This document shows, in pieces, positions 13,927 to 26,784 of a stretch of DNA of 64,000 nt (position 1 is its first letter; each line of letters opens with the position of its first letter). This DNA comes from Eledone cirrhosa. Taxonomy: Eukaryota. The stretch spans positions 284,456,001-284,520,000 of the forward strand of contig OZ024741.1 of the NCBI GenBank assembly GCA_964016885.1, read 5' to 3'. A program made the position numbers and the translations under genes. The notes under the pieces were generated by a model, which worked only from the letters and a program-made list of their open reading frames with translations, ran no database searches and was not told the origin of the DNA.

Positions 13927-14310
13927 AAATAATTGTTTCTACTTTTTGGCACAAGGCCAGCAATTATCCAATGCATTACTGGTACTTTATTTTATCGACC
14001 CTGTAAGGATGAAAGGCAAAGTTAACCTCGGCGGGATTTGAACTCAGAATGGCAAGGGCCGTAACTGTATGCATCAAAGCATGGCGTCCGACCCTCTACC
14101 GATACTGCCAATCCAGGAAATAATTGTTTCTACTTTAGGCACAAGGCCAGCAATTACCCAATGCATTACTGGTACTTTATTTTATCGACCCCGTAAGGAT
14201 GAAAGGCAAAGTCAACCTCGGCGGGATTTGAACTCAGATCGTAAAGGGACATAACTATGCTGGAAAGCATGGCGTCCGACCCTCTACCGATACTGCCAAT
14301 CCACCGCCAA
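13927..14310 (-). mobile_element. S1 SINE dimer
   Basis: Two reverse-complement units; further S1 fragments at ~14800-15160. Confidence 0.85.
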
Positions 14311-14319
14311 TCCAGGAAA

Positions 14320-14800
14320 TAATGCCCGTCATACATCACATCGCGAGGTCCAGGCAGTTTGCGGGCATTTGAGTGCTTTTTAAGAGTCAAACGCTGACGG
14401 TCAACTATCCCGTGGTTCCCTGTCGTAACAAGAAATATCTTCTCTCCCCATTTCATTTAGGAAGAAGGACGGTAAGGGAGAGTATCCATAGGATACTCCA
14501 CCTTACCAGAATCGTCCTAGAATGAAGCAACACCTTCGGGGGGGGGGGGGACTGGTCTAGGATCAGTGTAGGGGTGCTACTCTACATCAAACCAGAAAAC
14601 ACCTACAAGATCTTAGACCTCATTCGTCTTCCGGAAGGAGTGGAGTTGCATGTTATGTATGCGGTCTGTGACCGTTCTAGAAGCAAGTTCACTTATTCAA
14701 TGACCTCAGGTCATTAGCTGTAGATGTGACCACCATCAGCGGGACAAGGATTTCCGACATGCGCGAACTAGCTCCCATTTTTGACGACTATTAGATATAC
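14320..14800 (+). mobile_element. Tx1/L1-type LINE fragment including the start of an AP endonuclease
   Basis: KQVHLFNDLRSLAVDVTTISGTR near 14680-14750 resembles the APE N-terminal D..ISET motif; GC content above background. Confidence 0.5.
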
Positions 14801-16904
14801 GTAAGGATGAAAGGCAAAGCCAACCTCAGCGGGAATAGTAATAATAATAATGATTTGTACTATAGGCACAAGGCCAGTAATTTGGGGGAGGGGAAAGTCG
14901 ATTAAATCGACCCCAGTACGTTACTGGTGCTTTATTTTATCGATCCCGTAAGTTAATCTAGGCGGGTTTTGAACTCAGATCATAAAGGGCCGTAACTCTA
15001 TGCTGCAAAGCATGGGGTCCGACCCCCTACAAATACTGCCAATACACAAGGCTAATCAAGGCCTAATTTTGGGGAAAGTCAATTAAATCGACCCCAGTGC
15101 ATTACTGTTACTTTATTTTATCGACCCCGTAAGGGCAAAGCCAACCTCAGCGGGATTAATAATAATAATAATAATAATTATTATTATTATTTTTTTGAAA
15201 TTGTGATGGTAATAGTAATGTTTCCGTTAGTCTTTAATGATTAATTCTAGAAGTCTTAAAAGTTTGAAGTATAATAAACTGTTAGCAGAAAGCATAGAAA
15301 GTATATTTATATCAACGTCCGGTCATCTGCTTCTAATGGAAATTCAATATTCAAATTGGTTTTCAGGCAATTTTAAAGTATTGTCACAATAAATGTAGGA
15401 TTGATTTAAAAGCTAATCAACACGCCTGATGAAAAGCATGTTATAACATAGTTTTGTATTCAAATTGTTTGGCACCAGAAATTCTTCTTCAAAGAACGAT
15501 AAATTTTCGATGGTAAATTTCAATCAGCAACTTCCAAAAGTAAAATCAGTATATAAAAAAAACAACAACAAAATATTTAAGACCTCTAGAAACAATCGTT
15601 AAAACTGGTGGGTACATCTCTACTTATTCCACCCCATACCACCACCACGAAGAACCAGCGTCAATTTGGAGGTATTTGGTAATATAACTAATCTTCTCAT
15701 TACTAAGATGTTGTTGGAACATAACAGAGGTTCTTACATAACATTATGATGAAAGGGTTTTATATATATATATATATAAACACTCCGACGGGGAGATCTC
15801 TCACCCACTTTGGGGTGGGTGAGACATGTCTTCTCTTGAGAAAATGGGTATAGCTTTCATTATGTAAAATCTCCCCATTTTATCTCATTTCTCCCCATTT
15901 GGGGAAATTTTATTTCATGGTACTCCCCGTTTGGGTTTTTAGAGGTTGGCAGGGCTGATTTTATTACCAGGAGCAGTTTCAGGCAGCTTGGTATAACCTC
16001 AAAAATGTTGAATTCGACCCATTTTATATGTTTCATTTCTTTAACTATTCATTAAAATTTGTTATTGATTTTTTTTTAATTGATTCTTTCTGACTTTATC
16101 TTACATTCCTTGTTTTCTGTCTGTAATGTTTCTAACATCATTTTTCATAGGCTAATTTATTTATATTATTCATATACTATAAACAGCTAAGTAAACCCTC
16201 TTTTAAAATAAGTATTTCATCAAAAATACTTATTTCTTATTTTGTATTTCTCATATTATACACTCTAGGTACATTTGTTGCATGTATAAAACATTCTGTG
16301 TGGTAATTAAGCTTTCCTCTTAATAAATTAGACTTCTCACATTACCTTTCTTTTCTCCTTCTAAGATAAAATTTCATGTTCTTTCCGTCAAATTTTAACG
16401 CTTGATTTCATTCATATATGCCAAAATCACCGGCCATATATTATTACCCTCATACCCCGTCCATTTTAGATTTTTCAAATTCAAACGCTTGATTTCATCC
16501 ATATATGTCAAAACCATTCCCTATTAATAAATTTAATTTCCTTCCTAACCACTAACTCGTTTCATCTGCATTATTTGATGAATACATAAATAAATAGATA
16601 AATAAATTATTATTTGAATATAGCTTTGGAACTTCATTGATTTGTATGTTTTCTATATTTAATAGTGGTTTCTAATTTTAGTGCAAAGCCAGCTAGTTTG
16701 GGGGAAGGGAATTGTTGATTCTATTGAACCAGTACTTAACTGGTACGTGATTTTATCGGCCTCAGAAGGACGAAAGGCAAATATTTAATAATAGCCGTAC
16801 CATTTCTCACGTTTTCCTTATACACTGAGATTTAGAATAGCGGATACCTTCAAACTTATATGTATATTTAACTGTCTTTTTTTTAATAAATATATACATA
16901 TCAG

Positions 16905-17220
16905 TAAGGTGGCGAATTGGCAGAGTCGTTAAAACGTCGGATAAAATGCTTTGCGGTCTTCGTTCCGGTTTTCTGCGTTCCCAAAGTTGAAATTCCACTC
17001 AAGTCAATTTGCTGTTCATCCTTTCGAGGTCAGCAAAACAGTACCAGTTCAGTACTGGGGTGAATTCTTCCTCAGTCCCTCTTTTTCACTTCGCCTGTCT
17101 TTCTCTCTGGAAGAAATTGACTGTGCTTAGATCTGGAGAGGTGATGGGTTCCGCCGAGTTTAAAGTGCCCCCCCCCACGTCATATGGTGATGATGGCACA
17201 CATAAGACTCCATCAAGAGG
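16905..17220 (+). mobile_element. S1-related SINE with a different, longer 3' tail (family S3)
   Basis: S1-like head plus the tail ggaagaaattgactgtgcttagatctggagag...; homologous copies at ~48935-49260 and ~51795-52110. Confidence 0.7.
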
Positions 17221-17715
17221 TACATACATATCTGATAATTAACTTCCCTATTTCTCCTATTTCTCCTATATATATATATGTATATTTCATATTTAATCCC
17301 TTTCTCTCATAGTGATCTCTAGTATAGCCTGTAAACATCACATTTGAAAAACATCTAGCCTGCGTGTATCTGTAGATTTTTGGATCCATGTTTCCAAGGC
17401 TGGGAAAATTAGAGCATTGCACTGTGCTGGCTGATATATCGATTGGTCGGTGGGGGTGTACAATAATAACTCTTTCTAACACTGATACACGCCCACCAAT
17501 TTGGGGGAAGAGAAAGTTGCCTTTTATCTTTCCGGGGTAGATGAAATAAAATGCCAGTCAAGAACTGGGGTCAATATAATGGACAATCACTTCCCTCACA
17601 TTTGCTGCCCTTGTGTCTAAATTTAGAAATCAATATTAGGAATCAATATTAGAAATCGATATTATATGAAATATAAAAAAACAGACAATGTTAATTAAGT
17701 GTAATAAATACTAAC

Positions 17716-18087
17716 CATCTTGCATCTTTTTATCCATTTTTATACCCATCCACAGCGTCCACATAATGGATCCGTATGACCCTGACATAATTACAATAGG
17801 GATCAGTAGAAAAGCCATGTCTAAAAATACAGTATAACATTTCTCTGCAATCTTCGAAGTCCAAAACTCCCGGCAGACATGCGTTTTACCTTTGTCGAAC
17901 GATTTCATTCGTGTTACTATAGCAATCGGAATTACAATCATAGCAGCTAAAAACCAGCAGACAGTAATGATTTTGTAGGCCCTAGACAGGGTTTGCCATC
18001 GTCTGGAATGAAGCGGTTGACATATACCAAAGTATCGTTCTAGAGACATTGCAACCAATGTAAAACAGCTGACGGCCACTGAGACAC
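17716..18087 (-). CDS. Internal coding exon of the same GPCR (TM3-TM5)
   Basis: Reads VSVAVSCFTLVAMSLERYFGICQPLHSRRWQTLSRAYKII...CREFW...FLLIPIVIMSGSYGSI. Acceptor tttccag before 18087; donor gttagt after 17716; in frame with the 6407 exon across an ~11.3 kb intron. Confidence 0.9.
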
Positions 18088-18666
18088 CTGGAAAGAAATG
18101 AAACGCAAACATTAGTTAACCGAGTTGACGATGAAGACGACGACAATTACATTAACAATATGTGGTTTTTACGTTCTGTGTTCAAATCTCATTGAAATCA
18201 ATTTTACCTTTTATCCTTCCAATAAAATGAATCATCATCTAAGTACTAAAGTCGATTAACCCTACCCACTAAAATCATAAGTGGCCTTTAGTTGTTGTTT
18301 AGATTTTAAAACTGACTATATGGTAAAATAATTCGACTTGTTTTCAAGTAAAAATATTGTTTTAAAAGGCTTTTAAATGGAAATGAAGCAAAACGGAAGC
18401 TTAGTGTTCGAACTGATGAATTTTGCAGGTCAAAATTTTGCTGGCTCGACAACTGTTCGTGTATTGTGTTACGCTCAAAAATCGATACATTAGATTCGAT
18501 TTCGTCACATAGGGTGGGTCAATTTGAAATATTTTTTTCCGATGTCTTCGCTAGGGCTCAATGTACAAGTATAGCAATTTCGGTGCAATTCCGTCAGAGA
18601 TTCTAAGAGGAGATGTGTGCCAAAAATCGATAGACAGACAGACAACCACAGCTTTATATATATATA

Positions 18667-19885
18667 CTAGCAGTAAAGCCTGGCGTTGCTCGGGGTCGCT
18701 CAGTAGCTGTGTTAAAGTTACAATGTTAAGTTTCTTTTTTGGCTTAACAACTGTAGTGTCTACTGTGCAGACTTGCATGTGGTGTTTTTGATTAATATTC
18801 CCTCAACCAACAATATGCCTTATGAAGTTAAGAAAACATAACGATAACCCGAATGTTATAACAAAAGAGGATGCTGGGGATAAAAACTGCACTGGTTATT
18901 TATTAACAAAGATCGAAAATGTAAACACTGCAACGCAGAGAAAAACATTAGCGTAACCAAATTATCAGTTATGTCTGTCTGCACGCCTATATCACCTCTC
19001 TGCACGACTGACTGTCTGCACGCGTATATCACCTCTCTGCACGACTGTCTGTCTGCACGCCTATATCACCTCTCTGCACGACTGTCTGTCTGCACGCATA
19101 TATCACCTCTCTGCACGACTGTCTGTCTGCACGCCTAACGAAATTTACAGATACATATATTTTAAATAAACTTATATAATTTTTGCTTTTTTTTACGAAA
19201 TATTTGCTTGTTTTACGTAGTCTTTAAATAGACTTGTTTTCAAGTACAAATATTGTTTTAAAAGGCTTTTAAATGGAAATGAAGCAAAACGGAAGCTTAG
19301 TGTTCGAACTGATGAATTTTGCAGGTCAATATTTTGCTGGCTCGACAACTGTTCGTGTATTGTGTTAATGTCATTTTAAACGCTGACAAAGCCAGCGTAA
19401 TTTTTTACGTAAGACGCTCAATGTAAACAGAACAAAGGGAAATAACTCGTCACTTACGCTCAAAAATCGATACATTAGATTCGATTTCGTCACATAGGGT
19501 GGGTCAATTTGAAATATTTTATTTCCGATGTCTTCGCTAGGGCTCAATGTACAAGTATAGCAATTTCGGTGCAATTCCGTCAGAGATTCTAAGAGGAGAT
19601 GTGTGCCAAAAATCGATAGACAGACAGACAACCACAGCTTTATATATATAGATATATAGATAGAACAAAGGGAAATAACTCGTCACTTACGCTCAAAAAT
19701 CTATACATTAGATTCGATTTCGTCACATAGGGTGGGTCAATTTGAAATATTTTTTTTCCGATATCTTCGCTAGGGCTCAATGTACAAGTATAGCAATTTC
19801 GGTGCAATTCTGTCAGAGATTCTAAGAGGAGATGTGTGCCAAAAATCGATAGACAGACAGACAACCACAGCTTTATATATATAGA
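18667..19885 (-). mobile_element. Non-autonomous Helitron of the same family, reverse orientation
   Basis: Mirror of 21511-22266: TC head at 19885, second head near 19655, CTAG end at 18667-18670. A further head segment continues at ~18335-18666. Confidence 0.8.
18972..19136. repeat. ~37-bp minisatellite inside the Helitron
   Basis: About 4.5 copies of ctgtctgtctgcacgcctatatcacctctctgcacga. Confidence 0.9.
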
Positions 19886-20909
19886 TTGCGTGTGCGTGTG
19901 TTGGTAGCTGAATCAACTGCAGGTTTTTCCGGATAAATAAATAAAATAAAATGAAATGAAAAAGAATTATTTAAAAGTTTAGAATAGATTTTATTCATAT
20001 ATATGCATACACAACCACGCCCCCCCCACAGATACATATTTACACACCCACACAATACATACATATGTACACACTATTGGATGGCCGTGGACTCTCATGA
20101 GTTCCCCCGTCTTTTGTCACGTTTTGTTTTTCATCCCAGGGAGTGTCCAAAATCACTTCTAGCTATGATGCGCTGGCAGTTGTCTCCCGCTACTTCTGCT
20201 GCAGTCCGACCGACGGCGCTAGCCGTCAGCATTTCAATATTCATAGCTAGAAGGCTTTCCAGATGTGTATTCGTAAACATACCGTATATCATTAAATATA
20301 CGAAATTCACATCCTTATATGTTGAATGAAAACTATAATTCTACTTTCAAGCTGAGCTGGCTTAACAGCTCCTTATGCAAATGTAGTTAACCAGTCCATC
20401 CACATAGGCGATAAAACTATATATTTTCGTCTGTTTCAAATTCCAGCAAAGAGCAGGGGAAACACTGTCCTGATAACGGCCAGAGCCAGAAACGTATTGG
20501 CAGTTGTCCCCCTCTACTTCTGCTGGAATCTGTTAGATGCCGCTAGTCGTCAGCTTTTCAATCTTCATAGCTAGTAGGCTTTCTAAATGTTTATTCGTAA
20601 ACATACCGTATATCATTAGATACACAAAATTACACACACACACACACACACACACACGAGCACGCACACACATATATATCCAGAAAGAAAACATCGTTGA
20701 CAGAGTATACTGGCTTCTGGTTTGATCTAAATCATTTTAGAATAATTACAGGGGATATTTTTTTTTATAGTAGTTCCACTATTTTTATCAGGCAACTACC
20801 TCTCTGTATATTTCGTAAATATAATCTATATATAACTGATATATATACAGACATGGTGCGATATACAATTGTGTATGTCCGTGTGTTCAAATATACATAC
20901 ATACATACA

Positions 20910-20945
<36 letters not shown>

Positions 20946-21016
20946 TATAGTTATGTAATAAATAACATAAGGCAATTATTCCATTTACCAGTGGTTTCTT
21001 AAAAGCAAAAGGATTT

Positions 21017-21076
21017 TTTCATTCTGAGGATTGAAAGCAAAATCTTTTGCTTTTAAGAAACCACTGGTAAATGGAA
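21017..21076 (+). ncRNA. Type I hammerhead ribozyme motif (family A, copy 2)
   Basis: tttcatt CTGAGGA ttgaaagcaaa atct tttgcttttaa GAAA cc act gg TA aatggaa: intact CUGANGA/GAAA/UH core and all three stems pair (two G-U wobbles). Predicted cleavage after 21069. Confidence 0.82.
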
Positions 21077-21166
21077 TAATTGCCTTATGTTGTTTATTAC
21101 ATAACTATTAAGCTCTGTTACCTACATAGAGCACTCTTTTTTCCTGGACTTTTCCGACGGAATTAC

Positions 21167-21245
<79 letters not shown>

Positions 21246-21510
21246 TCGTATGTGGTTGACGGTTGAGAGAAGAGGGTACTCACTAAAATGAATACTCAAA
21301 CTCTACTTAGATATTGAGTACCCTTTTCTCATGTGCCGTCAACCAAGTACGGATACAAGCACACACACGCACACACACACACACACATATATACACATAT
21401 ATATTACTCATTTTCTTCTATATTAAGCATTAAACTGATATGCTTCTTCATTGTACTGTGTTGTTTGCTTTGTTGTTTCCTTTTACTTTTTGAATACAGA
21501 CACACACTTA

Positions 21511-22266
21511 TCTATATATATAAAGCTGTGGTTGTCTGTCTGTCTATCGATTTTTGGCACACATCTCCTCTTAGAATCTCTGACGGAATTGCACCGAAAT
21601 TGCTATACTTGTACATTGAGCCCTAGCGAAGACATCGGAAAAAAATATTTCAAATTGACCCACCCTATGTGACGAAATCGAATCTAATGTATCGATTTTT
21701 GAGCGTAAGTGACGAGTTATTTCCCTTTGTTCTATATATATAAAGCTGTGGTTGTCTGTCTGTCTATCGATCTTTGGCACACATCTCTTAGAATCTCTGA
21801 CGGAATTGCACCGAAATTGCTATACTTGTACATTGAGCACTAGCGAAGACATCGGAAAAAATATTTCAAATTGACCCACCCTATGTGACGAAATCGAATC
21901 TAATGTATCGATTTTTGAGCGTAACACAATACACGAACAGTTGTCGAGCCAGCAAAATTTTGACCTGCAAAATTCATCAGTTCGAACACTAAGCTTCCGT
22001 TTTGCTTCATTTCCATTTAAAAGCCTTTTAAAACAATATTTTTACTTGAAAACAAGTCTACTTAAAGACTACGTAAAACAAGCAAATATTTCGTAAAAAA
22101 AAGCAAAAATTATATAAGTTTATTTAAAATATATGTATCTGTAAATTTCGTTAGGCGTGCAGACAGACAGTCGTGCAGACAGACTTTAAGCCAAAAAAGA
22201 AACTTAACATTGTAACTTTAACACAGCTACTGAGCGACCCCGAGCAACGCCGGGCTTTACTGCTAG
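21511..22266 (+). mobile_element. Non-autonomous Helitron with a duplicated 5' segment
   Basis: Begins A|TCTATATATATAAAGCTG, then (CTGT)n; second head at 21731; ends CCCGagcaacgcCGGG...CTAG|T (hairpin plus CTAG). A related head follows directly at 22267-22520. Confidence 0.8.
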
Positions 22267-22663
22267 TCTATATATATAAAACTGAGGTTGTCTGTCTGTC
22301 TGTCTGTCTGTCTACTAAAACAGTCGGCACACATCTCCTCCTAAACCGTACGTTCAAATTTCGGTGAAATTGCTACACTTATAGATGAAGGTGCGGCCGA
22401 GACATCGGTAAAAAAAAATGTTCAAATCGACCCACGCCAAGTGCAAAAATCGAATTTATAATGTATTGATTTTTCAGTTCAGATGTATAAATAGAGATGA
22501 GAGACGAGTTATTTCCCTTTTATGGCGTCATTTGTTTATCTATTCCCACAGAACAAATCATTAGTTACTGAGCCATTTGGTGAATTTTTTTTTTTTTTCG
22601 CTTAAAACAAAAATATATATTGGTGTTATATCAGATGAAAGAATGGTATTTAAGTAATGTATT

Positions 22664-25600
22664 GGTACGCGATGGGGCCCACCCACAGCCCCGGCGGAGA
22701 GAATGGAGAAGGCGTTTCCCCCGAAGGACGGCAAGGGAGACGCGCTGGAAAAGCCTCTCCAACTCGCGGGGCTCACACCTGCGGCTGGCCAGCTCAGCGC
22801 CTATGGTGGTGAGTAAGGAGGTAGCCCCGGCGCCGAGGACACCATAAGTCTCCACTGCCAGGGGTACGAACGCAAACCTGTCGGAGAGCGACCGGTATTT
22901 GAGGAGTTTGGCCCCCTCAGCCCGACGTGCAGTAGAACCTGGGTCAGTCGCAGACTTCACCAGGTTGCGACTGCAGAAAGTGTCGGTGCAAGGGGCATCC
23001 CAGACGAGGGGTTTGCCACCGCGGAACGGGAAGATGGTCATACCATCTGGCCTTTTGCCGTCCCCTCGATCCAGCCCCACCGGCTCAAGCTGGGAAGGGA
23101 AGCCTGCAGCGTCCAAGCCATGCTTAATGACCTCGTTGACGGAAGCATGGCGTGGAATGCGGCCGGCACTGTGGCGACAGGAAAGCGGGTGGAGGCCAAA
23201 AGAGTCCACGGTGGAACCGCAGCGACATTGGTGTGGCTGGCAGATCCGGAGGCTGAGCCTCAGGGAAATGCCGATTCGCAGGCTATGGTTGTCTAGCTGC
23301 GTGCCAGTGGAGAAGGAGGGCAGGGCATGGAGCCAGACATCACTGTGGGGTTTGGAGGCCGCACGAAAGCAAGCAAGGCCGTGCTGGTCGAGCTGGCGCG
23401 TGAGCCTGTCTGAAGCCAGGCTGCACTGGATGGCATCCCAAATGCGTTGGGGGACTTGACGTCAACTGGGGGAGAAGGAGGAGAGACGTCTACTGGTCTA
23501 AGTCCCAGCCGGTCCCACGTCTCACAGGCGGCCTCACGTTCTCTGAACACAGAGGGTTCTGTTGTGTTTTGAAGAACCCTGCTGACGAGGACGCGGCACG
23601 AGGTTACCGACGAAAGATACGCCGGCAAAGCTAGTGAGATCGGGGACCGGAAGCCAAGGCCGCCATACCTGACAGGTAAAGTGGCCTGTTGCCACCCTAT
23701 GTCGTCAAACTTGACGTTGCGTATCCCCTCGGCTGCTGCTCGGATACACGTATCGAGGTCAGCGAGGAGAGATGTCTGGGTGTAGCCTGGAGCGCTGCGT
23801 AGTGTATAGTGGAGCTTCGGCATGGCGAAGCAATTCCTCAGCAGAAAGAGAGCTGGATGGCCGTCAATCAAGCCCAGTCGGCTCGTGAGGGTCTGGAGCT
23901 GTTGAAGCCTGGACCTGATGGTGGAGCGGATGGCCGGCGGGTGGATCGGTGACCCGAGGATGTGGACATCCTCTTTGGGGGTCACCTGAACCTGGAGGAG
24001 AATGGACCGCACGTCCAAGACGGAGGCTGCAAAGCTCGTAGCATCGAGGCTGACGTTCACCACCTCCGACTTGGCCGAGTTGACCTGGAGGCCGATTCCC
24101 GCCAGGGCAGGAACCACCGATTGAAGGTCATGGCAGACCGTCCGTACGGGCCCGCCCAACGTAGCATCATCCAGATACCAAACGTTGAGAGGGTCCGTGA
24201 TACTCCGGGCGATGTGGTCAATACCAAGGGCGAACAGCTGGGGTCCCAAAGGGTCGCCCTGTTGGACCCCAGTAGCCGAGGGTATAACCGTATCAGCAGC
24301 TAGGAGCATGCTGGGGGCTCCATATAACAGGTACGCCAGCGGGTAGGCAGAGGGGGCTCGGCTGAAGCAGGCTTCGAGCAGATGATCGCGGCGTAAAGAG
24401 TTGAAGGCATTCCTCATGTCAAGCTCGACAATGAGGTGCCTGGAGTCCTTGGATGCCGGTACCGATGGGCAGCTGCTGAAGAACTGCCTGGTTGCATGAG
24501 CGGCCCCCTCTCATCCACCGGACACGCCGACACCCAGTTGCACCGGACTAAACTCCTCACCCAATTCGTGTGTGACGGACTTGCAGATCACCTTGGCATC
24601 CAGCCTCCGGAAGACATTGCCCACAGCAATGGGGCGTATGCCACCCTCTTTCTTCCTGAGAGCGGTGAGGATGGCCGAAAAAAAGAGGCCCCGGGCGTAA
24701 GGGCCGAGGGCACCTTGGATGAGCCTATTGGTGAACGCCACAATTGCACTCAGAAGGCGGCGCCCGGCCTCAGCGGATAGGGGGGATGTCAACTCCTCGA
24801 GGTGGCCTGGTCGGAGACCATCAACACCTCCGCAGCTGCTAGCTGGGAAGGACCTGATGGCGGAAATGATATCTGCATCAGTAGGAACAAGGAGCAAGTG
24901 GGGTCGGGTGGGGGTATGGGTCTGAGATCAGTGGGTGGATCAGGGTTTTTGAGTTGCAGAGCAGCCAGGACCTCCTCGGTGGGTTGGAGGACAGTTTCCT
25001 ATGAGGCAACAACTCTGACTGCGGCCGAGGCATCACCCATGATAAGCTTTGCGTTTACCCGGTCACGCAAACGCTTGGCGCTGGCCTCGGGGGTGGCGGA
25101 TAGGGGGTATCTGAGGGTGGGGTGTGTGGCGTCCCTGGGAACGCTTGGAATGGGCGCTCGCCCAAATGACGAGGCATTGGCCTTGACGAAGGCTGTTGTT
25201 GACCGACCGCCCCAGTCAGCGCCAGAGCTGGGGAGGCCGAAGGCGAGTGGGGCGAAATAGAACAGCCGCTCCCAGTCACTGGCTCGATTGGAGTCCAGGG
25301 CCCTCCTGCACCTCCACGCTGCGAGGGCATTGGAAGCTCGACGAGTGAAGCCAACGCAGGTGAGGTGGTGGAAGCAGCCGCACCCCAAACAGTTCCGGCC
25401 CCTCTTCCGTTTGTTAGTTGTGCCGCAAGTGTTGCAGGTGTCAATTTGGAGGGGTGGGGGATGGGGCGTGGGGTCGGGGACTGGGGCACCGAGCGGCATC
25501 AGGGGTGGGTGGCTGGCGTGTGTGGGTGGAAGGGAAAGTCCTGGTAAGAGGGCCGCATAGCTCACCTATATATATGGAGGTGCCAGAAAACGAGAGCGAA

Positions 25601-25800
25601 AAGGGGCTGCATGGAGGGGGAGACACAGGAAGGTAGAATGGCAGTAAATGAATGAGTGAATGGATGGATGTACACAAAAAAAAAAAACGGGGAAAGGAGA
25701 GAAAACAAGGAGTTGTTCCCAGCGGAATGACCCAGAGTTCAGCACGCACACATGCGAGCAACTTAGCAGTTTGTCATACGACCTAGTGGCTGGTAGTGAG
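22664..25800 (-). mobile_element. Near full-length, disrupted CRE-type retrotransposon: PHD-like finger, RT, Zn-knuckle and RLE
   Basis: Broken ORF pieces: CNTC...CLGCGCFHHLTC...WRC (PHD-like); GGIRPIAVGNVFRRL, NAFNSLRR, GVQQGDPLGPQLF and WYLDD (RT); HPLSC...RHASVN...RPDG...WD (RLE). Stop near 24999 and several frameshifts. 5' boundary approximate. Confidence 0.88.
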
Positions 25801-26239
25801 TCACTGATACTGGGGTTGGCTTCCTCTTGTTAATGGTAGAGTTGTTGTTGTTAATGACACTGTTGTCGTCGTTGCCTTACTCTTGTTAATGGTGAAAGGG
25901 TATGAGGAAAAAGGGAGAGGGGTTGAGAAAGAAAGAAAGTTTAAGCAAAGAATCGCTGCTTTCAACATTAACGGGATCTTCTTAAACTAAAAAATTCAGT
26001 CTGTCAACGCAGAATTAAATATTTCGAGAAACCTTGCAACCGAAGGAAAACAGGAAGACGATATTTTGGTTCGTGAAATTACCCAGCAATTATCTAGTAC
26101 ATTACTGGTACTTTATTTTATCGAACCCGTAATTATGAAAGGCAAAGTTAACCTCGACGGGATTTTAACTTTGCCTTAAAATAGTAAAAGTAAATAGTGA
26201 AGATTTAGGCCAGTACATACGCGCGCGCGCGTGTGTGTA

Positions 26240-26661
26240 AACCTTATGCATTTCTACAGTATTTTCACCAAACTTAAGACATAGGTTACTTATGTACTCC
26301 GGATGGTCATGGGCACTTTCATTTTTCCAGATATTGATTATAGGGCCTCCCGGCAGATAACCCCCTTTAACCACTTCCTTGGAGTCGACTGAATCACTGC
26401 AGTGCAATGCAACAAAACGTCTGGAGTTCGCAACCGATTTTCACAAAACTTGACACACGGGCTACGTTTGTTCTACAGATGAATGTGAACTCTCAGAATT
26501 GGTACATATTGAGTAGGGGACCTCTGGGGACAGGAACCCCCTTTTGGAAAAAGCCGATGATTTTGTAAAAGTATAGTTTTCGAAGCAGCACTGAAGTATT
26601 GACATAAATGGTATACATAACTGCTATTTAATACCCGAGCAACGCCGGGTACCTCTGCTAG
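26240..26661 (+). mobile_element. Helitron-like 3' portion
   Basis: Ends tacccgagcaacgccgggtacctctgCTAG|T, sharing the terminal hairpin with 22238-22266; 5' limit uncertain. Confidence 0.65.
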
Positions 26662-26726
26662 TATATATATATAATTTATATAATTTATATCATATATCTA
26701 TATATCTATATCTATCTATCTATATC

Positions 26727-26784
<58 letters not shown>

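Noticed and set aside
18414-18440. Isolated CTGATGA hits (also near 10954, 11872, 15426 and 19309)
   Set aside because: No stem II followed by GAAA and UH; expected by chance in AT-rich DNA.
22620-25636. Plus-strand ORFs over the CRE element (also 222-1465)
   Set aside because: Antisense shadows of a GC-rich minus-strand retrotransposon ORF.
25750-25825. HDV-like ribozyme at the CRE 5' end
   Set aside because: Only a wobble-rich P2-like pairing next to ctaa; P1, P3 and P1.1 could not be built.
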